Position numbers and translations under genes: made by a program
DNA from: Candidatus Woesearchaeota archaeon
Lineage (GTDB): Archaea > Nanobdellota > Nanobdellia > SCGC-AAA011-G17 > PNOQ01
Direction: 5' to 3'
Assembly (NCBI GenBank): GCA_964587005.1
Contig: CAZPJW010000002.1
Coordinates: forward strand, 12,487 to 76,486
DNA length: 64,000 nt
Part shown: positions 38,010 to 47,242 of the stretch, in pieces
Layout: each line of letters starts with the position of its first letter
Numbering within the stretch: position 1 is the first letter of the stretch
The notes under the pieces: model-generated
What the model was told of the DNA's origin: nothing
What the model saw: the letters and a program-made list of their open reading frames with translations, nothing else
Databases searched by the model: none

Positions 38010-38387
38010 TTGGATAAAATCTATAGAGGTGATTGTATGAATAAGAAAGGTCAGGAGTTGTCAACTAATACGATAATAATTGTCGTCCTAGCTGTTTTAG
38101 TCTTGATTATTGTTGCGGTATTTTTTACTGGTGGCTTTGGAACTTTTATTGATAAGATAAAAGGAATATGGGCACGTAGCGGTCAGGATGTTTCAGAAAT
38201 TGTATTAGAATGTGATTCGGTGTGTAATAATTACGATAATACTGGTTTAGAGGCTTATAAGGATAGTTTCTGTGAGAAAGAGTTTGAGTTGGATATAGAT
38301 GGAGACAAGAAGACCGACCAGTACGTAACTTGTGTAGATCTGCCACAGGTAGCATGTTCGGGAATCTCGGCTGACGATTGCTTCTAA
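38010..38387 (+). CDS. archaeal type IV pilin-like protein
   Basis: Probable true start is the ATG at 38037: MNKKGQ|ELSTNTIIIVVLAVLVLIIVAVFF (KGQ motif as in euryarchaeal pilins). Cys-containing C-terminal domain. Confidence 0.5.
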   Translation: MDKIYRGDCMNKKGQELSTNTIIIVVLAVLVLIIVAVFFTGGFGTFIDKIKGIWARSGQDVSEIVLECDSVCNNYDNTGLEAYKDSFCEKEFELDIDGDKKTDQYVTCVDLPQVACSGISADDCF

Positions 38388-38404
38388 ACTTTTTATTTTT
38401 TTAA

Positions 38405-38569
38405 AATGAAAAAAAGAGGATTTTCGTTGTCAATAGAGATGGTAGTTTATGTTCTGTTAGCTATGGTTGTTTTAGCAGTTTTAATTTATATTTTTAAAGA
38501 TCAATCTAGTGAATTTTTTAATAGTATTGGAAGATTTTTTAAAATAGCTAATGAGAGTGTGCCAAAATG
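38405..38569 (+). CDS. mini prepilin (54 aa) with a bacterial-like G|FxxxE class III signal
   Basis: MKKRG|FSLSIEMVVYVLLAMVVLAVL. Not in the ORF track. Coordinates are +/-1 bp. Confidence 0.4.
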
Positions 38570-39172
38570 AAAAGAGGAGATATTCCTGGATTAACGTTTG
38601 GAACTATTCTTGGAGTATTGTTTACGTTTATTTTTATTTTATTTCTTTTTAAGAGTACTGCTATAGCAGATGTTCTTTTTGGAGTTGATGACAATAAATT
38701 AATTCAATCTTTAGATGGATTAGAAAAAGAGATTTATGAAATTGGTTTAGGTGAAGAAAAAGATATATTATTTTATTTTTCTGAAGATACTAAAGCTGTT
38801 TTAATGGCTTTTAATCTTGATCCTGGGAACCCAACTGAATGTTATGGGTCTCCGTGTATTGTTGTTTGTGATAATGAAAATTGTGATAATGATTATGTTA
38901 CTATTCCTCTTTCTGAGGATATTGAATTTTTGAATTCTGGATTGATTTTTGATTTATCTGATGTTGAAGGAGGGTTAGTTTCTTTGACTGTTAAAAATGA
39001 TGGTGGGAAGATTTCAATACGTCCGGGCAGAGATTGTACCGGTTTGGCTGATTGTGGTGACTATGAAGAAGATTTGTTTTGCCGTACTGACCCTTGTGGT
39101 GTTGGGCCTTGTTATATACAGTTAATACCTAGGGATTTTGGGGCCAGTGTTGAAGTTTGTTCGAATAAATAA
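38567..39172 (+). CDS. pilin-like secreted protein
   Basis: 201 aa. MKRG|DIPGLTFGTILGVLFTFIFILF, with a Cys-rich C-terminal domain. Confidence 0.45.
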   Translation: MKRGDIPGLTFGTILGVLFTFIFILFLFKSTAIADVLFGVDDNKLIQSLDGLEKEIYEIGLGEEKDILFYFSEDTKAVLMAFNLDPGNPTECYGSPCIVVCDNENCDNDYVTIPLSEDIEFLNSGLIFDLSDVEGGLVSLTVKNDGGKISIRPGRDCTGLADCGDYEEDLFCRTDPCGVGPCYIQLIPRDFGASVEVCSNK

Positions 39173-39211
39173 CAAAGATAACAAAAATCATATAAATGCT
39201 TAGATTAATTT

Positions 39212-39631
39212 TTGAATATGGTTACAGAGATGAATACTAAACTTTATTTATGGATTGGTTTTACTCTGGAAGCTTTTGCTGTTTTTATTGTAGTTGGCAT
39301 AATTTTATTTAATATGGGTAGTGGAGATAGAGCGTATCAAGAGTATTATTCAAAAGAGATAAGTTTAATTGAGGATGCTATTTTAACTTCAAATGGAAAT
39401 TTAGTTTTGTCATATAATGCAACAGAAAGGAGAGATAATTTTGATTTTTTGATTACTCAAGATTGTGAAGTTAGAGTAAGTGAAAGAGGTTTAACAAACC
39501 CCTATCTTTCTTATTATTGTTTTGGTAATGATTTTGTTGATAAAGGGGATGATCATTTAGAATTAAATGAGTTTAGAATAGATATGAAAGATAAGAAGAT
39601 TTTAACTTGGGGTGATTTTGGTGGGATTTAA
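39212..39631 (+). CDS. pilin-like protein (N-terminal TM)
   Basis: 139 aa. A single N-terminal hydrophobic helix, then a beta-rich domain. Confidence 0.35.
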   Translation: MNMVTEMNTKLYLWIGFTLEAFAVFIVVGIILFNMGSGDRAYQEYYSKEISLIEDAILTSNGNLVLSYNATERRDNFDFLITQDCEVRVSERGLTNPYLSYYCFGNDFVDKGDDHLELNEFRIDMKDKKILTWGDFGGI

Positions 39632-40070
39632 TCTGGCTAAAGATACTACTAGAATGCCAGTTTATGCTGTTTTGATACTTGTTATAGCAGCATTACTTAT
39701 TTTGGGAGGAAAACTTTTTTATGTGAGTAATCTTTCTGTAGGGGAGTTAGAAAATAGTTTGATAGTTTCAAGATTATTATATTCTGATGACTGTTTAAGT
39801 TTAGGAAATGGGGAATTAGATGTCAGTAGATTTAATGAGGATCATATTTTTAGTTGCTTGAATCTTGGAGAAGATTATGGTGCGAAATTAAGTTATTATT
39901 TTCTAGATGATAATTCTACGAAGGAAATAATTGAAGTCGATAAATATTTGACTTCTCGTTGTAGTTTAGGATTAGATAAAGATGACTACGCTTGCCATTA
40001 TTCAGAACATTATTTTACTTATGGCGAAAGGGGAGGAATATTTAGCATTTTAATTTCAAATGAAAATTAA
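39612..40070 (+). CDS. pilin-like protein (N-terminal TM)
   Basis: 152 aa with a TM helix (PVYAVLILVIAALLILGG). The start codon is uncertain. Confidence 0.35.
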   Translation: MILVGFNLAKDTTRMPVYAVLILVIAALLILGGKLFYVSNLSVGELENSLIVSRLLYSDDCLSLGNGELDVSRFNEDHIFSCLNLGEDYGAKLSYYFLDDNSTKEIIEVDKYLTSRCSLGLDKDDYACHYSEHYFTYGERGGIFSILISNEN

Positions 40071-40707
40071 CAAAAGAGGAATGGAGGATGTAGCAGATAT
40101 TTTTACTTGGTTATTTATTTTAATCTTAGTAATTTTCTTTTTTGTGTTTATGGTATTTAGTGATGCCATTCAAAATAATGAAGTGGAAGCTGTTGCTAAG
40201 GTTTCTAATGATATTGATTCATATAATTATCAGCCTAGTTTGTTGGCTTATTTGAACACCAATGTAGAATATCAGGGAGTTAATAGAAGTATATTTTATT
40301 TAGTTGATGAATATTCAGATGGTTTTAATGATGTAAGTCTTCATGATTTTTTGAAAGTGAAAACTGGAGAGATTTTTGAAGAGATAGAAACCTGTTCTTG
40401 GAAAAAAAGGCCGGGTTCAGGTATTGAAGATTATAGTCGGTTGAAGTTTAAGGTTTTTGTAATTAGCGAAACAGAATGGGATAATATCAAAGATTCTGCG
40501 TATAAGAAAACAGATAAGGAAAATACTCTTTATGGGAAAAGTGAGGTCACTAGGCCGATGGATGTTGTTAGTGTAAAATTAAATGAAGATTATGTGGTTT
40601 ATTTGGGAGTAGTTTATTCTCCAAGGGCAACAGAATTAGGGAAGGATGTTTTCAATTTGGGATGTTATAATGAAGATTTGGAAAGGAAGTGGGCCGAAAA
40701 TGGATAA
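40060..40707 (+). CDS. pilin-like protein
   Basis: 215 aa. MKINKRG|MEDVADIFTWLFILILVIFFF. Confidence 0.45.
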   Translation: MKINKRGMEDVADIFTWLFILILVIFFFVFMVFSDAIQNNEVEAVAKVSNDIDSYNYQPSLLAYLNTNVEYQGVNRSIFYLVDEYSDGFNDVSLHDFLKVKTGEIFEEIETCSWKKRPGSGIEDYSRLKFKVFVISETEWDNIKDSAYKKTDKENTLYGKSEVTRPMDVVSVKLNEDYVVYLGVVYSPRATELGKDVFNLGCYNEDLERKWAENG

Positions 40708-41410
40708 ACGAGGAATTTTAGCACAATTTATGTTGTTGTTTACTATTTTACTTATTTCTATGGCTATTGCTATCTTTTTTAGTAGTAAGGGGGAAACTTA
40801 TAATTTTGATTTGGGTGAGATTCAAGGAGAAGTTATTAGGGGATATATGGAAGTTGATTCTCAGAAATTTTATTTAGAAAATAATTTTGAAAAGGATGCC
40901 GGGAGCGTTATTGATGGTTTAATAGTTAAAGGTGGACTTGATGAACCTCTATTGAAGGGAGGATATGTATTATGGAAAAAGGGTAATACTGAATCTTTTC
41001 CTACAAGTTGGACAATTATAAAAGAGGAGTTAAGTAAAAGTTTAGATAAGGAAATTGGAGATTATGATTATGAGATTGTTAGAAAGGGTATGAAGATGAA
41101 TATTTCTTTTGACTCAGAAGTTTCTTTTTTTAGTGAAGGAGAAGATGTAATGAGGAATTTTGAAATTTCTTATAGTGAACCGGCTGAAGGAAGTGTTGAG
41201 TATAACTTTAATTTTGATGATTTTTTGAATAAAGCTGGAGAAATAGAAAGGGTGTCGGGTGTTTGTGGAGAAGATGAAAACTGTTGGAGAACTAGTTCTT
41301 CTGTAAATTTGGTGGATGTTAGGGATAAGCTTTTTAAGTTAGAGTTTACTACCTTTGGTTTGAATGGTGAGAAAACAGTTAAAGTTGCTGTTGATTTCGA
41401 TCCAAACTAA
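40700..41410 (+). CDS. pilin-like protein
   Basis: Likely start at the ATG at 40700 within track ORF 40646..41410: MDKRG|ILAQFMLLFTILLISMAIAIFF. Confidence 0.45.
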   Translation: MDKRGILAQFMLLFTILLISMAIAIFFSSKGETYNFDLGEIQGEVIRGYMEVDSQKFYLENNFEKDAGSVIDGLIVKGGLDEPLLKGGYVLWKKGNTESFPTSWTIIKEELSKSLDKEIGDYDYEIVRKGMKMNISFDSEVSFFSEGEDVMRNFEISYSEPAEGSVEYNFNFDDFLNKAGEIERVSGVCGEDENCWRTSSSVNLVDVRDKLFKLEFTTFGLNGEKTVKVAVDFDPN

Positions 41411-41433
41411 AATATTGGGGAAGAAGAGTTAAA

Positions 41434-42420
41434 ATGTTAAAATTTAATTATGAACAAATTGTTGATAAAATTATCAAAGAGAAGGGAATTTCTAAGGAAG
41501 AGATTGATGGAAAGGTAAATGAGAAAGTAAAGCAGCTTTCTGATTTGATAAGTAAAGAGGGTGCTGCGCATATTATTGCTAATCAGTTAGGTGTTAAGTT
41601 ATTTGATAATATTGATCCTGAAAAAACTATGAAAATAAAAGAGATTCCTAGGGGATTATCTGGAATTTCGGTTTTGGGTAAGATTATGGAAGTTAGAGAT
41701 GTTGTCAGTTTTAATAAAAATGGCAGAACTGGTAAAGTAGTTAATTTTACTATTGCTGATGAGACTGGGTTTATTAGGGCAGTTGTTTGGGATGAACCAA
41801 TAATTAATGAGATTGAGAAAGGGATGTTTAAGATGGATGATATTGTTAAGATAAAGAATGGCTACTCTAGAGATAATAATGGGTTTGTTGAGGTTCATTT
41901 AGGTAGTAGTAGTCAACTTATTGTTAATCCAAAAGGAGAGAGTATTGGCGAAGTTAAAATGAGCCGGGATAAGCTTGGTAGGAAAAAATTAGATGAAGTA
42001 AAAGAAGGAGATATGGTGGAAGTTTATGGAACTGTTGTTCAACTTTTTGAACCTAGATTTTTTCATGTTTGTAGTAAATGTGAGAAGAAAGCTAATGAAG
42101 AAAATGGAGAATTTATGTGTAAAGAGCATGGAAAAGTTGATGCTAAGAAACGGGGAGTTCTAAATTTCTTTTTTGATGATGGCTCTTCAAATATTCGGGC
42201 AGTTTGTTTTGGTGACACTATAAAAGGATTAATTGATTATAGTGATGATGATTTAGAAAACTTTTCTTCGGCTTTATTTGATGTTTGGAGAAAGGAGATT
42301 TTAGGAAAGCAAATTTTGGTGGAAGGCAGAATCAATAAGAATGATATGTTTGATAGATTAGAATTTGTAGCAAGAAAAATTAAAGAGGCTGACCCGAGTG
42401 TTTTGATAGGAGAAGTTTAG
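41434..42420 (+). CDS. rpa: replication protein A (ssDNA-binding, OB folds + zinc ribbon)
   Basis: 328 aa. Two OB-fold regions and CSKCEKK...CKEHG zinc-ribbon motifs. Confidence 0.75.
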   Translation: MLKFNYEQIVDKIIKEKGISKEEIDGKVNEKVKQLSDLISKEGAAHIIANQLGVKLFDNIDPEKTMKIKEIPRGLSGISVLGKIMEVRDVVSFNKNGRTGKVVNFTIADETGFIRAVVWDEPIINEIEKGMFKMDDIVKIKNGYSRDNNGFVEVHLGSSSQLIVNPKGESIGEVKMSRDKLGRKKLDEVKEGDMVEVYGTVVQLFEPRFFHVCSKCEKKANEENGEFMCKEHGKVDAKKRGVLNFFFDDGSSNIRAVCFGDTIKGLIDYSDDDLENFSSALFDVWRKEILGKQILVEGRINKNDMFDRLEFVARKIKEADPSVLIGEV

Positions 42421-42421
42421 A

Positions 42422-42877
42422 ATGATGTCAAAAACCCATATGGCTTTTGGTTTATTGGTGGGTTTATTTTTTTCTGAATTTTTTGGTATTGAGAATAAAT
42501 TATTATTTGTTTCTGTTTGCGTTTTGGCTTCTTTAGTTCCAGATTTAGATTTGCCTATGAGCACACTTGGGAGAAAGGTTCGTCCCCTATCTTGGTTGCT
42601 GAATATATTATTTGGGCATAGAGGGCTGCTACATACAATTTGGTTTCCTTTGATTATTTGGGTGATTTTGATGGTTTACGGGCATAATTTAATTGCAGGA
42701 GCATTTTTTCTTGGATATGTAAGTCATTTGATTATAGATATGTTAAACATAAAGGGACTTTATCTTTTTTATCCCATTATTCCAGTTAGATTATATGGTT
42801 TTGTTAAAACTGGAGGGATGCTAGAGTGGTTTTTATTCTTAGCTATGCTGGTTGGAACGGTTATGATTCTGATTTAG
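42422..42877 (+). CDS. membrane-bound metal-dependent hydrolase family protein (DUF457/YdjM-like)
   Basis: 151 aa with 4 TM helices and His-rich loops (HRGLLHT, SHLIID). Confidence 0.45.
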   Translation: MMSKTHMAFGLLVGLFFSEFFGIENKLLFVSVCVLASLVPDLDLPMSTLGRKVRPLSWLLNILFGHRGLLHTIWFPLIIWVILMVYGHNLIAGAFFLGYVSHLIIDMLNIKGLYLFYPIIPVRLYGFVKTGGMLEWFLFLAMLVGTVMILI

Positions 42878-42952
42878 TAAGATTTAAAAAGAGATAAATA
42901 ACCTCATTTTTGTTATTCGGTTAATCGAATATCAAGGAGAATTAGAGTAAAA

Positions 42953-43243
42953 ATGAAAGGAAAAATTAAGTGGTTTAATTCCAAAAAAGGATTTGGATTT
43001 ATAGAAGGCGAAGATGGACAGGATTATTTTGTTCATTATTCAGAAGTTCCTAATGGCGTATTCCTTAGGGAAAATGATGAAGTAAACTTTGAACCTGCAG
43101 AAACTGATAAGGGTAAACAGGCAAAAGCTATTTCTTTAGCTGGAAAAGGAGATGCTCCGGTTGAAGAAGAGTCTGCTGAAGGCAAAGCAGAATCCGAAGA
43201 AGGGGAAGCACAAGAAGAAGTTCAAGATAGTGAGGATTTTTAG
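42953..43243 (+). CDS. csp: cold-shock domain protein with acidic C-terminal tail
   Basis: KGKIKWFNSKKGFGFI and VHYS RNP motifs. Glu-rich tail. Confidence 0.8.
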   Translation: MKGKIKWFNSKKGFGFIEGEDGQDYFVHYSEVPNGVFLRENDEVNFEPAETDKGKQAKAISLAGKGDAPVEEESAEGKAESEEGEAQEEVQDSEDF

Positions 43244-43319
43244 TTAAAAATAAATTGACGTAATTTATTATTTTCTTTTTTTCGTTAATTTTATATATTA
43301 CTTAGTTTAGTTTAGAAAA

Positions 43320-43862
43320 ATGAAAAAAATATTCGTTATTGTATTGATATTAATCATTGGAGGAATAATTATGGCAAATTTAAATAATAATGAAAGCTCA
43401 GATAAAAAAATAGTTTTACTTGAGACAAATAAAGGAGATATTAAATTAGAATTGGCTGGAGATATGCCTATTACTACTGGAAATTTTATTAATTTAGTTG
43501 AAGAAGGAACTTACGATGGAGTAATTTTTCATAGAGTTATTGATGGGTTTATGATTCAAGGTGGAGATCCTACTGGAACTGGTTTTGGAGATAATAGTAT
43601 TCCAAATATAAAAGATGAATTTACTAGTAATAATAAAAATAATAGAGGAACTATTTCGATGGCGAATGCTGGTCCAAATACTGGGAGTAGTCAGTTTTTC
43701 ATCAATTTGGTAAATAATAATTTCTTAGATGATAAGCATCCGGTTTTTGGGAAAGTTATTGAAGGAATGGATATTGTTGATGCTATTGCTAAGGTTGAAA
43801 CTGGTTCGAGTGATAGACCGTTAGAAGAAGTTAAGATAATTAAGGCAAGTGTTGTTGGTTGA
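43320..43862 (+). CDS. ppi: cyclophilin-type peptidyl-prolyl cis-trans isomerase (with signal anchor)
   Basis: FHRVIDGFMIQGGDP and SMANAGPNTGSSQFFI motifs. N-terminal hydrophobic segment. Confidence 0.85.
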   Translation: MKKIFVIVLILIIGGIIMANLNNNESSDKKIVLLETNKGDIKLELAGDMPITTGNFINLVEEGTYDGVIFHRVIDGFMIQGGDPTGTGFGDNSIPNIKDEFTSNNKNNRGTISMANAGPNTGSSQFFINLVNNNFLDDKHPVFGKVIEGMDIVDAIAKVETGSSDRPLEEVKIIKASVVG

Positions 43863-43872
43863 AACTAAATTT

Positions 43873-44067
43873 TTATTTTTTCTGAAATAAACTCCAAATT
43901 ATGTAAGTTACTACCATTATGGTAAATATAGTTAGGTAGTAGTAAATGTTTTGTTCTAGTATCATTCCAGAGGTACAATCACTGCAATAGACTCCGGAAG
44001 AAATTCTTAGTAATATTCCTACAACTATTGTAATCATAACTTTTAATTTTGTTGGTTTGAAGTTCAT
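43873..44067 (-). CDS. possible small membrane protein
   Basis: 64 aa with two hydrophobic segments. No other support. Confidence 0.2.
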   Translation of the reverse strand: MNFKPTKLKVMITIVVGILLRISSGVYCSDCTSGMILEQNIYYYLTIFTIMVVTYIIWSLFQKK

Positions 44068-44224
44068 TAATTGTGTTTGGTTTTATAATTATATAAATTT
44101 TGTCTTTCTTGCCAACTTGTCACGCACGGCAAAAGAGTTTATAAATAATGTTTAATATACTACTTTTAACACCTCCCAACTTTATTTTTCTTTTTGGGGC
44201 TTAAACAAAAACCGAATAGGAAAG

Positions 44225-45283
44225 GTGGTACAAGTGAGATGGTCTGAAAAAGAAATAGAATATCTGAATGAGAATTATTCTGATACAGATAATGAAGTCT
44301 TATCTGCCAAATTAAATCGTTCTATCTGCTCAATAGTTGGAAAGGCAAATAGTAGCTTAGGATTAAAGAAAACTAAACTTTGTAGAGTCTGTGGAAAGGA
44401 TGTTGCTGAGATAAATAGAAATGCCACAGTATGTAGAGATTGTTCTAAGGAGCATAAAAAGAATTACAAAAAAGATTGGAATCTTAAAAATAAGGATAGA
44501 TTGATCATTAAAGGCAAGAAGTGGAGAGAAGAAAATAAAGATCTTAGAAAGAAAAATGGCAGTTTATGGAGAATAAATAATAAAGAAAGAAAGAGGGTAA
44601 TGGATAAAGATTATTATAACAGAATTAAACTTTTAAGAAATTCATTATTGCCTGAGCCTATGTGCTCGGACTGTGGAATTACTTTAGAAAATTTTAGGGG
44701 GGAAAGATGTAAATCTTGTAGTAAAAAATATAGATATTTCCAACTTGCAGAACATCGGAAGAAGAATAAAGATTATCATAATGAATTTAATAGAAAGTAT
44801 AGGTGGCAGAGAAGGGAAAAGGAGAACGAAAGAAGATTAAAATTAGGATTGCCCGCAATAGGAAATAATTTTAGAAAGGAGCAGGAGCTTTTACTTTATG
44901 TTAAAAATTTATTTCCAAATGAAAAAATAATATTTCATGATTGGGGCACCTTGGGGGTGAAACTTGAGTTAGATATTTTTATTCCTGGGTTGAAATTGGC
45001 TTTTGAGTATCAGGGAAGACAACATTTTGAGTTCAGTAGCACTATGTATTGGAAAGATTATGAAGAATTTGAGAGACAAAAATTAAGAGATGAGATAAAA
45101 AGAAAACTTTGTTTTGAAAAAGGTATTACTTTAATTGAAGTTACTTGTTATGAAAAACTGAGCGAAGGATTAATCTTATCAAAATTAAATAAATTTAGAA
45201 TAGATACTGGTCAGTCTGTTTTACCAACTTTTGGCGAAATATCTGAAATTGAAACAAAATGCGAAAGCAAAGGAGGAATTTAA
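44225..45283 (+). CDS. multi-zinc-ribbon protein with C-terminal DUF559/Vsr-like PD-(D/E)xK endonuclease domain
   Basis: 352 aa. N-terminal W-S-x-x-E-I-x-x-L Myb/SANT-like helix motif. CRVCG...CRDCS and CSDCG...CKSCS ribbons in a Lys/Arg-rich region. C-terminus LELDIFIPGLKLAFEYQGRQHF resembles the DUF559 core. Confidence 0.45.
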   Translation: MVQVRWSEKEIEYLNENYSDTDNEVLSAKLNRSICSIVGKANSSLGLKKTKLCRVCGKDVAEINRNATVCRDCSKEHKKNYKKDWNLKNKDRLIIKGKKWREENKDLRKKNGSLWRINNKERKRVMDKDYYNRIKLLRNSLLPEPMCSDCGITLENFRGERCKSCSKKYRYFQLAEHRKKNKDYHNEFNRKYRWQRREKENERRLKLGLPAIGNNFRKEQELLLYVKNLFPNEKIIFHDWGTLGVKLELDIFIPGLKLAFEYQGRQHFEFSSTMYWKDYEEFERQKLRDEIKRKLCFEKGITLIEVTCYEKLSEGLILSKLNKFRIDTGQSVLPTFGEISEIETKCESKGGI

Positions 45284-45550
45284 ATGGCAAATAAACCAAT
45301 AAATAAATATAAGTCTGGGGCCATAGAGGCCGCAATATGGAACAATGAAAGTACATTTAATAACAGTAAAGTAGAATTTAAGACCGTTTCTTTGACTAGG
45401 AGCTATAAGAAGAAAGGAGAAGATGTATGGAGATCTGAGTCTTTAAACTTGAGACGGCAAGATTTAATCAAAGCGATACTTGTTTTGCAAAAAGCACAAG
45501 AAGAGCTATTGATGCAACAATCGGAAGAGGAGGTTGGGGATGATGAGTAA
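45284..45550 (+). CDS. hypothetical protein
   Basis: 88 aa with an acidic C-terminus. Immediately upstream of and overlapping radA. Confidence 0.3.
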   Translation: MANKPINKYKSGAIEAAIWNNESTFNNSKVEFKTVSLTRSYKKKGEDVWRSESLNLRRQDLIKAILVLQKAQEELLMQQSEEEVGDDE

Positions 45551-46577
45551 AGAGAATAAAATGGAAGAAACTATCCCTGAAGAAATTAAGGAAACTACGG
45601 GTGAAATTACAGAAGAAGAACCTAAAGAAGAAAGATTTACAATTAATGATTTGCCCGGAGTTGGTCCGGCTACAGCTGAAAAACTAGCAGATTCAGGTTT
45701 TGATACTTTATTAAGCGTGGCAGTGGCATCCCCCTCTAAATTGGGAGAAGCCTCTGGAGTTTCTGATGCAGTTTCTAGAAAGATAATACAAGTAGCTAGA
45801 GACAAGCTTAACATGGGTTTTGAAACTGGATTAGACTTACTTAAAAAAAGAGAACAAGTCATCAAGTTGACTACAGGGAGTTTAAATTTTGATACTCTTG
45901 TTGGTGGAGGATTTGAATCTGGTTCAATTACAGAATGTTATGGTGCTTATGGTTCTGGAAAAACTGCTTTAGCTCATCAATTAGCAGTTACTGCTCAAAT
46001 GCCTAGAGATCAAGGTGGAGCGGGTGGTGCCGTTGTTTGGATTGATACTGAAGGGACTTTTAGGCCAGAGAGAATACAACAGATAGCAGATGAAAATAAT
46101 TTGAATGGTGATGAATTGTTAGAGAATATTAAAGTTGTTAGAGCATTTAATTCAGACCATCAGATGCTGTTGGCAGAGAAAGTTGAAGAGCTGATAAACA
46201 AAGAGAATATACCGGTAAAGATAGTTATTGTGGATTCTCTAATGAGCCATTTTAGAAGTGAGTTTATCGGAAGAGGAACATTGAGTGATAGGCAGCAGAA
46301 ACTGAATAAGCATATGCATATCTTGCTTAAATTGGCTCATACATACAACATACTTGTCTATGTAACTAATCAAGTTATGGCGAAGCCGGATACGTTTTTT
46401 GGGGATCCTACCGAGGCAATTGGAGGACATATCGTTGCTCACGCTTCTACGACTAGACTTTATCTTAGAAGAGGTAAAAAAGGAAGTAGGGTGGCGAAAT
46501 TAGTAGACGCCCCGGCTTTGGCTGATGGAGAATGTATGTTTTACATAACTGATAAGGGTATTAGAGATGATGTATAA
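45534..46577 (+). CDS. radA: RadA recombinase
   Basis: 347 aa. N-terminal HhH (LPGVGPATAEKL), Walker A GAYGSGKT, RecA fold. Confidence 0.9.
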   Translation: MGMMSKENKMEETIPEEIKETTGEITEEEPKEERFTINDLPGVGPATAEKLADSGFDTLLSVAVASPSKLGEASGVSDAVSRKIIQVARDKLNMGFETGLDLLKKREQVIKLTTGSLNFDTLVGGGFESGSITECYGAYGSGKTALAHQLAVTAQMPRDQGGAGGAVVWIDTEGTFRPERIQQIADENNLNGDELLENIKVVRAFNSDHQMLLAEKVEELINKENIPVKIVIVDSLMSHFRSEFIGRGTLSDRQQKLNKHMHILLKLAHTYNILVYVTNQVMAKPDTFFGDPTEAIGGHIVAHASTTRLYLRRGKKGSRVAKLVDAPALADGECMFYITDKGIRDDV

Positions 46578-46618
46578 AAAATGCAAATCTTTTTAATTTT
46601 TCTTTTATTCCTTTTTTT

Positions 46619-47203
46619 ATGAATTGGAATCATGGAATTTTGGAAGTTATTTCTGGACCTATGAAGTCCGCTAAAACCTTGGAATTAATTTTTAGATTGA
46701 AGAAGTTGGATTATTCAAATGTTAATTATCAGTTATTTAAACCTCAAATTGATGATAGGTTTTCTAAAGAAGAAGTTGTTAGTAGAGATGGCCACAAATT
46801 ACAAAGTATAGTTGTTCAAGGGAGTAATCCTAAAGAAATATTATTTAAATTAAAGCCAGATACGGATGTGGTTGCTATAGATGAAGGAAACTTTTTCTCT
46901 TTGGAGTTAATTAATGTTGTAAAAAAATTGTTGAAAGAAGGAAAAAATGTAATTGTTTGTGGTTTGGATTTGGATTTTAGAGGAGAACCGTTTGGACCTA
47001 TGCCAATTTTGTTAAGCATGGCAGATAAAGTTGTTAAGAAATATGCTTATTGTGATTTGCCAGGATGTGGAAAGATTGCGAATAGAACACAAAGAATGGT
47101 TGATGGAAAACCCGCACATTATGATAGTCCATTGATTGTGGTTGGGGGCAATGAATTATATGAGGCAAGATGTTTGAATCATCATGAAGTCCCCAAGGAT
47201 TAA
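46619..47203 (+). CDS. tdk: thymidine kinase
   Basis: 194 aa. P-loop GPMKSAKT. C-terminal zinc site CDLPGC...C..H. Confidence 0.85.
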   Translation: MNWNHGILEVISGPMKSAKTLELIFRLKKLDYSNVNYQLFKPQIDDRFSKEEVVSRDGHKLQSIVVQGSNPKEILFKLKPDTDVVAIDEGNFFSLELINVVKKLLKEGKNVIVCGLDLDFRGEPFGPMPILLSMADKVVKKYAYCDLPGCGKIANRTQRMVDGKPAHYDSPLIVVGGNELYEARCLNHHEVPKD

Positions 47204-47242
47204 GGAAACTTTTATAAACGCATTAATTTCCCAGTTTCTAAG

